A stretch of DNA of 63,823 nucleotides, filler included, from Octopus bimaculoides (taxonomy: Eukaryota), in the NCBI RefSeq assembly GCF_001194135.2. It is 5 parts of 4 records of this genome, joined end to end, with 100 filler letters (N's around TTAATTAATTAA, not from the genome) between each part and the next. Parts side by side here need not be neighbours in the genome. Positions count along the whole stretch, not along the records: positions 38,507 to 47,881 come from NC_068982.1; positions 47,982 to 55,192 come from NC_068981.1; 3 more parts are not named here. One strand, written 5' to 3'. This document shows, piece by piece, positions 40,350 through 52,466 of the stretch. The notes beneath the pieces are model-generated. The model was not told where the DNA came from. It saw nothing but the letters and a program-made list of their open reading frames with translations, and ran no database searches. The position numbers and the translations under genes were made by a program. How positions within the stretch are numbered: position 1 is the first letter of the stretch; the number at the start of each line of letters is the position of its first letter.

Positions 40350-41491
40350 TCAATTTACATATCGTAACTTACAATAAATATCAAATAAATATATTTAAAA
40401 AATAACAAAAAAAAAATACTCATTTTAACAATAAATAAATAAATGATCGAAAAACATTAAACAATATTCCTTAAAATAAAATAACTTATCTTTTCGAAGA
40501 ATTGCTGTTAAACTAAAATCTTAAACATAATATGCAGAACTTAGCGTTTATAAGAAATATATCGCATGAAAATACAGCATAAATAAAAAATTATGGAATA
40601 ATGAGATAGAAATATGTATTTAAACCGTTAAGATGACATAATGTATTTTAGATGTGAGAATAAGAAAAAAATTTAGCTGTAGTATATCATTTACTTGAAG
40701 ATTCTAAAGTCTAAATAACTTATATCTAAAATCCATAAAATACATTATATATAATATACATTAATGAAGCTAAATTACAATAATTTAATCTATTTTCATT
40801 AATTAATTTATTTATTTAATTATAAACATCTTATTCTAAATATGTAATATATCCTTTATAATCTCGTGCTAATTTATACACATTTTGATCTTATTCTAAA
40901 TATGTAATTTATCCTTTATAAGAAGAAATAATATTATCAACATTATTAGTAGTAGAATAACCAACTCAAAATTATCACTAGAAAAAATGTTATTATATTT
41001 TTTATTATTTCTAAGGAATACCTTAATTATATTTAAAATCACTTTAATAATGTTTGTTTTAACTTTAACTCCATAAGGAATATTGAACCAAATTTTGTTC
41101 TTATTATTTATATTATTGCATTTATTTTACATATAAAATTTATTTATTTATTTTTTATATATTTATTTGATATTTATTGTAAATTACAATATGTAAATTG
41201 ATTTTATTATCATTATTATTATTATTTTTATTTTTATTTAGACCTGATGAGTGACTATATTTTTGAATAAATTTAACTGTCGATTGATTTGATTATTAAT
41301 CGAATTAATAATTGAACTGGTTTTATTACTTATCTATTTGAAAATATAGCCACGAAACGTGCGTAGTCATTCTTATACCATTTACTAGTTATTTTTTTAT
41401 GTACTTTATAAGGTGTTTATGATATATTTATTTTCTAAAGGGTATGAATTACATTCTTCATTATTGAATTATTTAATAGTGGTTTTTCTCT
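40216..41491 (-). mobile_element. AT-rich truncated Penelope-like element with inverted terminal arms
   Basis: Minus strand KIWFNIPYGVKVKTNIIKVIL, GYSTTNNVDNIISSY, KYIMSS*RFK and NAKFCILCL (linker plus GIY-YIG remnants); arms 40216-~40402 and ~41151-41491 are inverted copies, the outer 39 bp perfect. Confidence 0.8.
41241..41369 (+). ncRNA. Type I hammerhead ribozyme with enlarged stem II
   Basis: GAC / CTGATGA (41244-50) / stem II 41251-72 pairing with 41333-54 / GAAA / stem III ACG-TG-CGT / GUA triplet ending 41366 / GTC. Confidence 0.8.
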
Positions 41492-42662
41492 AAATTATAT
41501 GCAAATATTTTATATTGGGAAATTTGGTTTAGTTTTGCTAAATTGAATTTTTCCCTGTAAGTTTGGATTTTATTCCCTAAAATTATTATTATTATTATTA
41601 TCATTATTATATANNNNNNNNNNNNNNNNNNNNNNNNNNNNNNNNNNNNNNNNNNNNNNNNNNNNNNNNNNNNNNNNNNNNNNNNNNNNNNNNNNNNNNN
41701 NNNNNNNNNNNNNNNNNNNNNNNNNNNNNNNNNNNNNNNNNNNNNNNNNNNNNNNNNNNNNNNNNNNNNNNNNNNNNNNNNNNNNNNNNNNNNNNNNNNN
41801 NNNNNNNNNNNNNNNNCACATATAGAAAGCAAATATATTTTATTCTAAACGAGTGAAAATATAGGAAAAATAGAAGTTGAAAATGCACTGAGAATAGTTA
41901 AAATATGTTTAATTAAAATATTTGAAGCTTTAACTGGTTTCACAGTTTACACTGATTTTCAAAAAGTTCAAATAGAAAGACGTGGCTTATGTTGCAGCTG
42001 TCTTGCTTCTGACTAGTGTTTGAAGTTTGCCCTGTTATAAGGAGTTTATGGCTCAAAGTAGTATATGTTTTGAAAAGGATTTGATTCATAGAGGATAGTA
42101 ACATGACTGGTCTTAGAAACTTTTGTAAGTTCCCTATGTTAGTCTCAAGCGACAATGTTTGGCATTGTAAGTTAAGATTGACACAGTTGACTGAACAAGT
42201 CCAAACAAACAATGCTCTGAATGTTTTCTGTCACATCATTAAGTTTATAAACCTTTTGTACATTTCCCACTATGACCATGCGTTAGTATCACGTGACAGT
42301 ATATTTTGCATCTAAAAAGAGGGCCAACATGGTTGAGTGAACATGTTTAGTTATAATCTAGACAGACCTAATCTAATCTGTCTGGTGGGAGAGTGATAGG
42401 AATCATTTGTATATAGTCCAACTGGTTAAAGCTTCAAATATTTTAATAAAAAATATTTTTACTATTCTCAGTGCATTTTCAACTTCTATTTTTCCTATAT
42501 ATACATATATACATGCATACATATATATATATATAGTGTTTATATACATATATACATATAAATATGTATATGTGTGCACATACACAGACACACATTCAAA
42601 CAATACTATATACAATGTAGTTCTGTATATATAGATGTAAGAAAAAACATCAGTGTCCTTAC

Positions 42663-42751
42663 TTTATAAATTCTGGGTTTTGACTCCTAACTTGGTCAAT
42701 TGGCTTTGCAAACACAATGTTGACCTCATTAGCTACAGATAAAATATGAAT
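42663..42751 (-). CDS. Exon of a cadherin-23/Cad87A-like cadherin: IHILSVANEVNIVFAKPIDQVRSQNPEFI
   Basis: Strong acceptor ttttgctttttacag and donor gtaagg, phase 0-2; pattern matches, from recall, the CDH23 segment IYILRDDQRVKIVI..PDRVR..EEFI.LL..I.G. Confidence 0.7.
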
Positions 42752-43833
42752 CTGTAAAAAGCAAAATATATACATTTCATTAGATATTATAACAAATGAC
42801 AAGAAAATATATGCATCCCATGTAAAAACCAATCCTATCTCAGTAAACATTTAAGGATCTCTTATAATAATTTAGCCACTGGTCATTAGGGTCTGGCGAT
42901 ACATGTGTAAATTATATATGTAATGAATTCATAATAAAGGAGAATAGAGATTTATATCCAGTTTTATTTAGCAGCTAATTACTTCTTTTCATTTCTGCAC
43001 CTACACATGTTTCTGCAAAATTTGCATTTTTATGTGCACTTATTGTTAGTTGCCACTTCTTTAGATCAGATAAAATCTAAATTAAATACAAATCAACCAA
43101 AAATACATGTGGCATTGTCATTGTTCCAAAAATAGCCTGAATTGTGACCTTTCAAAAGCAAGATGACTAACTGTCCAAAGAATTTTAGTATTCTGCAGTC
43201 ATTGACCATCCTTAAATGGTGAGTGGTAGTACTAATGCTTAGTATCAAGTTCCCTGGAGTATGCTTTTTTACTGTTATTGTCATCCCTCACCCTAGTATT
43301 GCTACCTCTACTATTATTGTTGTTGATATTGTTAGTATAATGAGCTCTAAGTCTATTATTCAATTTGCTAATTTTATGATTAAATTAAATTAATTTAAAT
43401 TTAAAGATATTGTTAATTTCATTCTCAAATTGTTCTGTAATTGCTAGAATAAGGTTAATTTATTGTGGAGTTTAATTACTCTCTCGACTTGCTATAGTTT
43501 ACTTAATTTCAATTCCAATTTTAATAATACATATTTTGCAATTATTGACATTATGATACTTGAACAGGCATATTTATAAAATATACCATGTACCTTAAAG
43601 CAATCTTTCAGGCTCTGTTTATGTGTTATATATATTTTTTAAAGACAAGGATACTGGACAGTAAGAAAATAAAAAAAAACATGGAGAAGGTTTGTGCAAA
43701 AAGTGGAAGAAGAAAAAAGGAAATGAAATCAAGAACTAAGATCCTTGTCCTCCTTGATTATATAAGGCTCATTAAATGCAACTGGTTTACAATAAAATAA
43801 CAGAAAATATGTCAAAATCTGAGAGACAGCAAC

Positions 43834-44930
43834 TCAATCCAGATCAGGTGATGCCCTCCAATTTGATAAAAGAAACCTGCCTATGTGTCTGCATCTGCTA
43901 AAAATGTCAGTTCTCAAATTAAGCAGTGTATAGGAATTGTTGGATTGAAATAGAATATAAGATCTTTCTGCTACACATAAGCTGCATTTCTTAAATCCAG
44001 TAAAATATGGCTTGAATTTCTCCACTATTCTCCACTTAATTGAAAGTGGTGTGAAGCTGCTCTTCAAATTCCATACATTGTTAGCCAACTTAGTTGCATT
44101 ACTTTTATCAATGTGCTGGAAATAAGATAGGTGGTTTGCACAACACCTCTTGAATTTTCCCTCACATAGCCTGATGTAATTCTTCTTTTCAGCTGATTTG
44201 TCATGGAGCTTAGCTGTAACTTCAGCTTTGTATATGACAGAATTTATCATACATGCCTGGTCAAGCAGAGAAACTTCAAGATCTTCACAGTTACAAATGA
44301 GATGGATTTCTTGGTGGTTAATGGAAGTTATAATGTTCTTTATATTGGGGCAGCAGCTGTATGATATTTTTATTGAGTATCTGTTAATAATTTGCCTCTA
44401 TGAGTTATCGGAAAATATTTATCTAAAAGAGACAGGAATTTCTTGCTTATGTTATGCGCTTTTTTATTGTATTCTATGACCCATCATAACGTTTTATTTA
44501 GATTATATTCTCCCTTAGCATTAAGGGAGAAAGGAGGAGCAAACCAAATTATTTTCCTAGGTCTATTTTTTGGTCTATCTTTATGATTCATATTTTTACT
44601 TAAAGAGCTGTAACACATTTTATCTTTGAAGCCACTGGTAGCTAGGACACTATTATAGTAGGAGGCTGCCTTAAGAAATATTTGTTAGAAGATAGATTTG
44701 ATATCCTATTACTAATGTTTGCTATCAGATTTTTAAAGATTATAGAGAGGTGACAGGACTGTTTATGTAAGTATGAGAGTTTCTCGTTTGGCTTATGATA
44801 CAGCTTATGAGAGCAGGGCTTTAAATCTAGGGAAACATCTACAAAATCAGCTTTAGATAGATTAGTAATTACAGAGATTTTGAGGCCTAAATGACTAAAG
44901 GCATCAATGAAACCCAATCACTGCACACTA
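43834..44930 (-). mobile_element. Penelope-like element 3' fragment: RT thumb, linker and GIY-YIG endonuclease
   Basis: LGLKISV..ADFVDVSLDL..YHKPNEKLSYLHKQSCH; SKKFLSLLDKYFP; IKISYSCCPNIKNII..CNC; SVIYKA..YIRLCEGKFK..KCSLCVAE..LNLRTDIFSRCRH; frameshifted. Confidence 0.93.
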
Positions 44931-45103
44931 AAGAGCTAGAAACATGTCTGGGAATCCAACAGGGGGCAGCACTGAACAGATATGGTGCTTTTAGACATTT
45001 TTACCATACGAGAGAAATTTTTCTCCATGGTAAATGCCATTGAAATAAGTCACAAACTAACTTTAACTAACCTAAAGTTCCCATACATACATACATACAT
45101 ACT

Positions 45104-45480
45104 TTTATTCTTTTACTTGTTTCAGTAATTTGACTGCAGCCATGCTAGAGCACTGCCTTTAGTCGAACAAATCGACCCCAGGACTTATTCTATGTAAGCC
45201 TAGTACTTATTCTATTGGTCTCTTTTGCCGAACTGCTAAGCTACAGGGACATAAACACACCAACATCGGTTGTCAAGCAATGGTGTGGGAACAAACACAA
45301 ACACACAAACATATATGACGGGCTTCTTTCAGTTTCCATCTACCAAATCCACTCACAAGGCTTTGGTAAACCCAAGTCTATAGTAGAAGACATTTGCCCA
45401 AGGTTCCACGCAGTAGGACTGAACCTGGAACCATGTGGTTTGGAAGCAAGCGTCTTACCCCATAGCCACTCCTGCACCTA
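45104..45480 (-). mobile_element. SINE family B, full length
   Basis: Full consensus from ttttacttgtttcagt to catagccactcctgcacct. Confidence 0.92.
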
Positions 45481-46089
45481 CATATACATACATATATTAA
45501 AGATTTCGTTGAACTAGGTACTTAAATTGAGACACCTTGTTAGGTCAGTATAATCCACACACCCAAACAATATTAATTGAATATTGAATGTCAAGACTGT
45601 GCAGGGGCGTTTGCACCTGATATTCCTGCTGTGTGTACAGACAATGCAATCCAGCTGAGTGAAGATATCTGCTCTTGGTACTTCAGATATGTACTTTTTA
45701 TAAAGATACTTTCTACAGTATTTCCGATGTGCAGATTCCAAGGTAGGTGAATAACATATGAGTAACAACCATGTATAGGTGTCAATTCATTATGACGGTT
45801 TCAAGCGACTCCTTTAATTGATTAATGTAAACATTACATCATTTGAAAGAAAACTGTGAAAGATATTTCTTAAACATAGTGTATAGAAGATCGTGATAAA
45901 AATATTCTATAATGTATAATGGGTCTAAATTATCATATGAATAGAAATTCATAGTATACATTAAACTAATATAAGAACTATTCGCTTCATTACAGGTGGA
46001 TAAATATAAGATATCATAAGAAATGGTATCCGATATATGGGGTAATTGAATTAGAGATATACTAAATGTATAGGGGAGTACATTCAGAT

Positions 46090-46375
46090 ACCATCAAATG
46101 CCAATTACGGGGGTGTAAACACACCAGCATCAGTTGTTAAGCAATGTTGGGGGACAAACACAGATACACAAACGTATACACACACATACATAAATATATA
46201 TACATATATACGATGGGCTTCTTTCAGTTTCCGTGTACCAAATCCACTCACAAGGCTTTGGTTAGCCCGAGGCTATAGTAGAAGACACTTGCCCATTGTG
46301 CTACGCAGTGGGACTGAATCCGGAACCATGTGGTTTGTAAGCAAGCTACTTACCACACACCACTCCTACGCCTGT
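46090..46375 (-). mobile_element. SINE family B, partial
   Basis: aaacacaccagcatcagttg...ccacacaccactcctacgcct. Confidence 0.88.
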
Positions 46376-46589
46376 ATACACACACACCAGCCAAAAGACA
46401 CATGCAGACACCCATATATGCTCTCCCAAACAAAGAGGTATGCAACCATAAGTTTATACACAAATGCAGAAATGTACATACTTACTTACACCCCCACCCA
46501 TACACAAAAACAAACATAAATATATATGTATATATATCATAGTATCACAGAAATGACCAGACCATCATGTGCTATTATACAATGCTGGT

Positions 46590-47240
46590 CATAATGCACT
46601 TCCAATTCTGGCGCCATTTTTTTCCATTTTGACCCAAATTGCTTAGCTAGATCATCTTCCCATTAGGCCATTCAAGTGGCCTATTCTGATCTCTTAGATA
46701 CCACCTGGCAACTGCGCAAGTCCATCTGTTGTCTGTGAACTTTGCAAGATTTCAGGCCCAGTGGAACTTGTGCTTTCAGTATTCAGCAATCACATCATTC
46801 ATTCTGCACTGTTATTGAATGATTTCATTTCGAATATGTTCTTGTAATGATATTCCTAGCAAGGATCTTTCTATAACTCTTTGCGTCATTGCCAATCATT
46901 CTATCCTTTTCATAGTAGTCCAAGTCTGACTTGCATATAAAAGCACAGATAGGATGGCACTATTGAAGTGTTTGACATGTATGGTATTGTCTATTTTTGT
47001 TTTGAACACATTCTTTATTGAAGTAAACACTTTCCATCCTGCCCTTATTCTATTTGCTGGACATATGCTCCATCATTCATGCACATTAACATTAGACATC
47101 AAGCAAAAGCACACTCATCTTATTTCTTGCTAATATTCACAAACCTTCTGCATGTAATCCCCATGTTTCACTACCATACAATATCTTATACCCACACGCA
47201 TGGTATTTACATGTCAAGAGTATGTTGTCATCAAGTCACA
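46590..47240 (-). mobile_element. RTE-clade LINE RT C-terminal remnant
   Basis: RIRAGWKVF..HFNSAILSVLLYASQTW..QRVIERSLLGI..FHWA..DNRWT..WY..RP, with stops. Confidence 0.85.
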
Positions 47241-47365
47241 ATTTGTAAAAAGGTATAAATGGCTGCTCTATCCCAATTGTAATCTCAGACACCAATCTGT
47301 TAAACAGAAATGAATGTCTGTATACAATGATCACAGAAATTTTATTAGTAAAAAGAATGAACAAG

Positions 47366-48298
47366 GCACAGGCATGCCTGTGTGGTAAGAAGCTTTCTTC
47401 CTGTCCACTTGGTTCCAGGTTCAGTCCCACATCATGACACCTAGGGCAAGTGTCTTCTACTATAGCCTCAGGCTGACCAAAGCCTGGTGAGTGAATTCAG
47501 TAGAAGGAAACTGAACAAAGCCTACTGTGTGTGTGTATGTGTGTCTTTATGTCTGTGCTTGACAACCAGTGTTAGTGTATTTACATCCCTATAACTTAGC
47601 AGTTTGGCAAAAGAGATCAATAGAATAAGTAACAGGTTTAAGAAAAAATAGTACTGAGAGTAGATTCTTTCAACTAAAAATTTTTGAAGGTGGTGTGCCA
47701 GCATGACTGCTGTCTAATGACTGAAACAAGTAAAAGATAAAGATAGTAATAAATAGGAACAATATGGAACATGTGTACTGTCCCTATGTTAGGATATTTA
47801 CATGGACCCATTAAGTAACTGTTATGAATTAGTTTGCATAATAAGGTTCCTTCATTTCATCCATTTCTATTTGTGCATGAGNNNNNNNNNNNNNNNNNNN
47901 NNNNNNNNNNNNNNNNNNNNNNNNNTTAATTAATTAANNNNNNNNNNNNNNNNNNNNNNNNNNNNNNNNNNNNNNNNNNNNCTATAGCCTCGGGCCGACC
48001 AAAGCCTTGTGAGTGGATTTGGTAGACGGAAACTGAAAGAAGCCCGTCGTATATATGTATATATATATATATGTATGTGTGTGTGTATGTTTGTATGTGT
48101 GTGTTTGTCCCCCCAACATCGCTTCACAACCGATGCTGGTGTGTTTATGTCCCCGTAACTTAGCGGTTCGGCAAAAGAGATCGATAGAATAAGTACTAGG
48201 CTTCTAAAGAATAAGTCCTGGGGTCGATTTGCTCGACTAAGAGGCGATGCTCCAGCATGGCCACAGTCAAAAGACTGAAACAAGTAAAAGAGTAAAAG
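47366..48298 (+). mobile_element. Two SINE family B copies (47366-47745 and 47982-48298)
   Basis: aggcacaggcatgcctgtgtggtaag head, ggttcagtccca B-box and tails gtaaaagataa / gtaaaagagtaaaagag. Confidence 0.9.
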
Positions 48299-48439
48299 AG
48301 TATATATATACATATATGCGTACATATTCATTTACTGCCGGCTGAAACTGCGCTTGCGCGGTGAATTTGAGAAATTAAAATGTATAACGATGAGGCACGT
48401 GTTATTCATCTCTTAATTATATGTTAGTGTTATGGCACG

Positions 48440-48506
48440 GTCACTGATGAGGAATTCGCCAAGCAAATTATTTTATTTGCCAAAGAATTTGAAACGTAGG
48501 TCTGAC
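48440..48506 (+). ncRNA. Hammerhead-like motif (PLE minimal type, branched stem II)
   Basis: GTCA-CTGATGA-G-GAATTC..GCAAAT/ATTTGC..GAATTT-GAAACGTA; stem I partner TGAC is offset by 4 nt. Confidence 0.4.
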
Positions 48507-48650
48507 GGTAATAAAATAACAAGGTAAAAGTTTTTTTATTATTCATTCCTTTTGAAGATTGCTCTTAAATGTGGTTTTGGTCGTTTTGACTACTTCTTCT
48601 AGCGTGTAAAACTGCCTTGTTGGAGGTAGTTTCTCTTGTGTTTAAATGTA

Positions 48651-48690
<40 letters not shown>

Positions 48691-49314
48691 TAATAGATAG
48701 ATATATACATATAACATACATACATACATACATGTAATTTGTGAGTGCAGTTATCTGTTTGTGACAATAACTTCTGCCGATTATTAATAACCCCTCCCAC
48801 CACACATACACACATACATACATACATANNNNNNNNNNNNNNNNNNNNNNNNNNNNNNNNNNNNNNNNNNNNNNNNNNNNNNNNNNNNNNNNNNNNNNNN
48901 NNNNNNNNNNNNNNNNNNNNNNNNNNNNNNNNNNNNNNNNNNNNNNNNNNNNNNNNNNNNNNNNNNNNNNNNNNNNNNNNNNNNNNNNNNNNNNNNNNNN
49001 NNNNNNNNNNNNNNNNNNNNNNNNNNNNNNNNNNNNNNNNNNNNNNNNNNNNNNNNNNNNNNNNNNNNNNNNNNNNNNNNNNNNNNNNNNNNNNNNNNNN
49101 NNNNNNNNNNNNNNNNNNNNNNNNNNNNNNNNNNNNNNNNNNNNNNNNNNNNNNNNNNNNNNNNNNNNNNNNNNNNNNNNNNNNNNNNNNNNNNNNNNNN
49201 NNNNNNNNNNNNNNNNNNNNNNNNNNNNNNNNNNNNNNNNNNNNNNNNNNNNNNNNNNNNNNNNNNNNNNNNNNNNNNNNNNNNNNNNNNNNNNNNNNNN
49301 NNNNNNNNNNNNNN

Positions 49315-49465
49315 CAGCTGATGAATAATTCCAAGTGGCTTTCTGTTTTCCTATGTGTTCGTTCCGTTGTCTGTAGTTCATTGTTCTAACGTCCTGTACC
49401 CTGATATGCATCTATATACACATGTAGATGTAAGTATATACATATATGTGTGTATACATGCATAT
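49315..49465 (+). mobile_element. Family D fragment
   Basis: cagctgatgaa...gtcctgtaccctgatatgcatctatat matches 54770-54965 reversed. Confidence 0.65.
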
Positions 49466-49498
49466 ATATTCTTTGTATTATATATATATATATATATA

Positions 49499-49662
49499 TA
49501 CGACGGACTTCTTTCAGTTTCCGTCTACCAAATCCACTAACAAGGCTTTGGTCAACCCGAGGCTATAGTAGAAGACACTTACCCAAGGTTCCACGCAGTG
49601 AGACTGAACCCGGAACCATGTGGTTGGTAAGTAAGCTACTTACCACACAGCCACACCTGCGC
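49499..49662 (-). mobile_element. SINE family B 5' half
   Basis: cgacggacttctttcagtttcc...ccacacagccacacctgcgc. Confidence 0.9.
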
Positions 49663-50438
49663 TATGATTGTATATGGTAGTATTTTATGGTTGCTTAACG
49701 AAATATGGTGTCCATACCAGCAATTAATATATACGTACCAGCTGCCAAGAATGTGTTTAATATGTAAAATTGGTATATCCAAATGTATTGCAGCGCTAAA
49801 TTTAGTCGTTATTTAAGCAATAAGTCTGTTGATGGTTAATCAGTTGCATGTGGTACTGAAAAAAGAGCAACAACTCCTGAAATGTGCATATACACCCGTT
49901 ACCTATTTTTCTTTTTCCGATTGCATTGTTTACATGGGCATCTTCGTATACGAAGCGTCGTAAATTTCTATAGAAAACTGTAGAAATAACTTTTTAAAAT
50001 GTAACGCAGCTGTAATAACGAAAATAACTATGCTGTCGAAATTTCAATAACGTATCTTAATACATACTAACGCATATATGGATGGGAAAAAAGTCGTTTT
50101 GTTTATGCCATATTTAGCTTAGAGTATGAGTATCGATAAATGTCGACATCAGACACTTGCGGAAGTATTTTGTGGCGATAAGCTCTCTATTTGTACCCAA
50201 CGTATTTCCTGCTGATGAACGTATTATATATCTATATAATGTTTATATAATTCTTCTACACGTTTCAACCATAAACATGGGTTCTATGTCTAAGACAAGA
50301 ATACGTGTGTTTATTTTAATGTGTGCACCCCGACTATTTTGTATTTGTCATTTGGTTTCTAATACATTTAATACATTTATATATTATCACTCAGAGAAAT
50401 AAATTCATTTTTTTTATAGAGGACATTGCTAATGCTAG

Positions 50439-50470
<32 letters not shown>

Positions 50471-50587
50471 CATGCCTACATACCTGCATATATGATGTTG
50501 CTATGGCTAAAATATTTGTTCATTTCACTAACATACACATACACACAAGCATCTATATCTCTATTTAAGTAACTATGTATCTATTTC

Positions 50588-50629
<42 letters not shown>

Positions 50630-51227
50630 TCCCTCTCTATCTCTCTCTCTCTCTCTCTCACTCTCTCTCTCTNNNNNNNNNNNNNNNNNNNNNNNNNNNN
50701 NNNNNNNNNNNNNNNNNNNNNNNNNNNNNNNNNNNNNNNNNNNNNNNNNNNNNNNNNNNNNNNNNNNNNNNNNNNNNNNNNNNNNNNNNNNNNNNNNNNN
50801 NNNNNNNNNNNNNNNNNNNNNNNNNNNNNNNNNNNNNNNNNNNNNNNNNNNNNNNNNNNNNNNNNNNNNNNNNNNNNNNNNNNNNNNNNNNNNNNNNNNN
50901 NNNNNNNNNNNNNNNNNNNNNNNNNNNNNNNNNNNNNNNNNNNNNNNNNNNNNNNNNNNNNNNNNNNNNNNNNNNNNNNNNNNNNNNNNNNNNNNNNNNN
51001 NNNNNNNNNNNNNNNNNNNNNNNNNNNNNNNNNNNNNNNNNNNNNNNNNNNNNNNNNNNNNNNNNNNNNNNNNNNNNNNNNNNNNNNNNNNNNNNNNNNN
51101 NNNNNNNNNNNNNNNNNNNNNNNNNNNNNNNNNNNNNNNNNNNNNNNNNNNNNNNNNNNNNNNNNNNNNNNNNNNNNNNNNNNNNNNNNNNNNNNNNNNN
51201 NNNNNNNNNNNNNNNNNNNNNNNNNNN

Positions 51228-51259
<32 letters not shown>

Positions 51260-51330
51260 TTGCCTGTACGGCTTACGCTCGTGGCTACCTAGGATATTAT
51301 TTTTTAAAATATTATCGTTCACATATTTAT

Positions 51331-51598
51331 TACTGGCGGACTGCGTCTAAAAATATTGGTTGCCAGGAGACTAAGGGGGCCCACCCGCAACTACAATGCT
51401 ATCATTTAATTATTTTTTTGGTAAAAGTATTCTTTTCAACTGTCTACAAACTGAAATAATTAATGCATTCTTCCAGGAGTGAATAAAAGCAATTCTCAAA
51501 CTTGAGGGTATGAGACCCTTAGATACTAACATGGGACCCCATATATGGATTCTAGTGGTCCCATCGGACAAGCTGGCAACTTGGCCAGTCCGCCACTG
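51331..51598. mobile_element. MITE with (CAG)TGGCGGACTG terminal inverted repeats
   Basis: tactggcggactg at the left, cagtccgccactg at the right; internal gggggccc / gggacccc; superfamily uncertain (Harbinger- or hAT-like). Confidence 0.6.
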
Positions 51599-51605
51599 CA
51601 TATAC

Positions 51606-51660
<55 letters not shown>

Positions 51661-52039
51661 GATAGGTATCGATTACATACATACACACATACGTATATGC
51701 GCACGCATGCATACACATTTGAATGTGGTAAAGTAGTAAAGTGAGCGTTAAAACGATAATGCGCATGCTGTTATATAGGTGGGTGCGTGGGTGTGTGGGT
51801 GTGTGGGTGTGTGGATAAAATATGGAGAAGTAATTTTTCTAAGGCATTAAATTATTTATAAATAAGATGCACAAATAAACTTCTAAATATAATTAAGCAG
51901 AAAGATGCAAGATAGTCCATGATAGTCGTTCAAAAATGGGTAGATATCCAGAGATTACATTTGTGAAAATAGCATTGAGAAGAAAGAAGAATATCCAACT
52001 CACTCAACGCTCAAACACACACACGTAATCGTAGCACTC

Positions 52040-52396
52040 CGTCGGTTGCGACGACGAGGGTTCCAGTTGATCCGATCAACGGAACAGCCTGCTCGTGAAA
52101 TTAACGTGCAAGTGGCTGAGCACTCCACAGACATGCGTACCCTTAACGTAGTTCTCGGGGATATTCAGCGTGACACAGAGTGTGACAAGGCTGGCCCTTT
52201 GAAACACAGGTACAACAGAAACAGGAAGAAAGAGTGAGAGAAAGTTGTGGTGAAAGAGTACAGCAGGGTTCGCTACCACCCGCTGCCGGAACCTCGTGGA
52301 GCTTTTATGTGTTTTCGCTCAATAAATACTCACAGCGCCCGGTCTGGGAATCGAAACCGCAAGTCCGCTGCCCTAACCACTAGGCCATTGCGCCTC
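52040..52396 (-). mobile_element. tRNA-derived SINE family C with GC-richer central domain
   Basis: Minus-strand A-box tggcctagtgg and B-box ggtttcgattcc; its tail recurs at 55909-55955. Confidence 0.88.
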
Positions 52397-52435
52397 ACAC
52401 ACACGTAATATATGGTGACATGCATGCATAGATAC

Positions 52436-52466
<31 letters not shown>

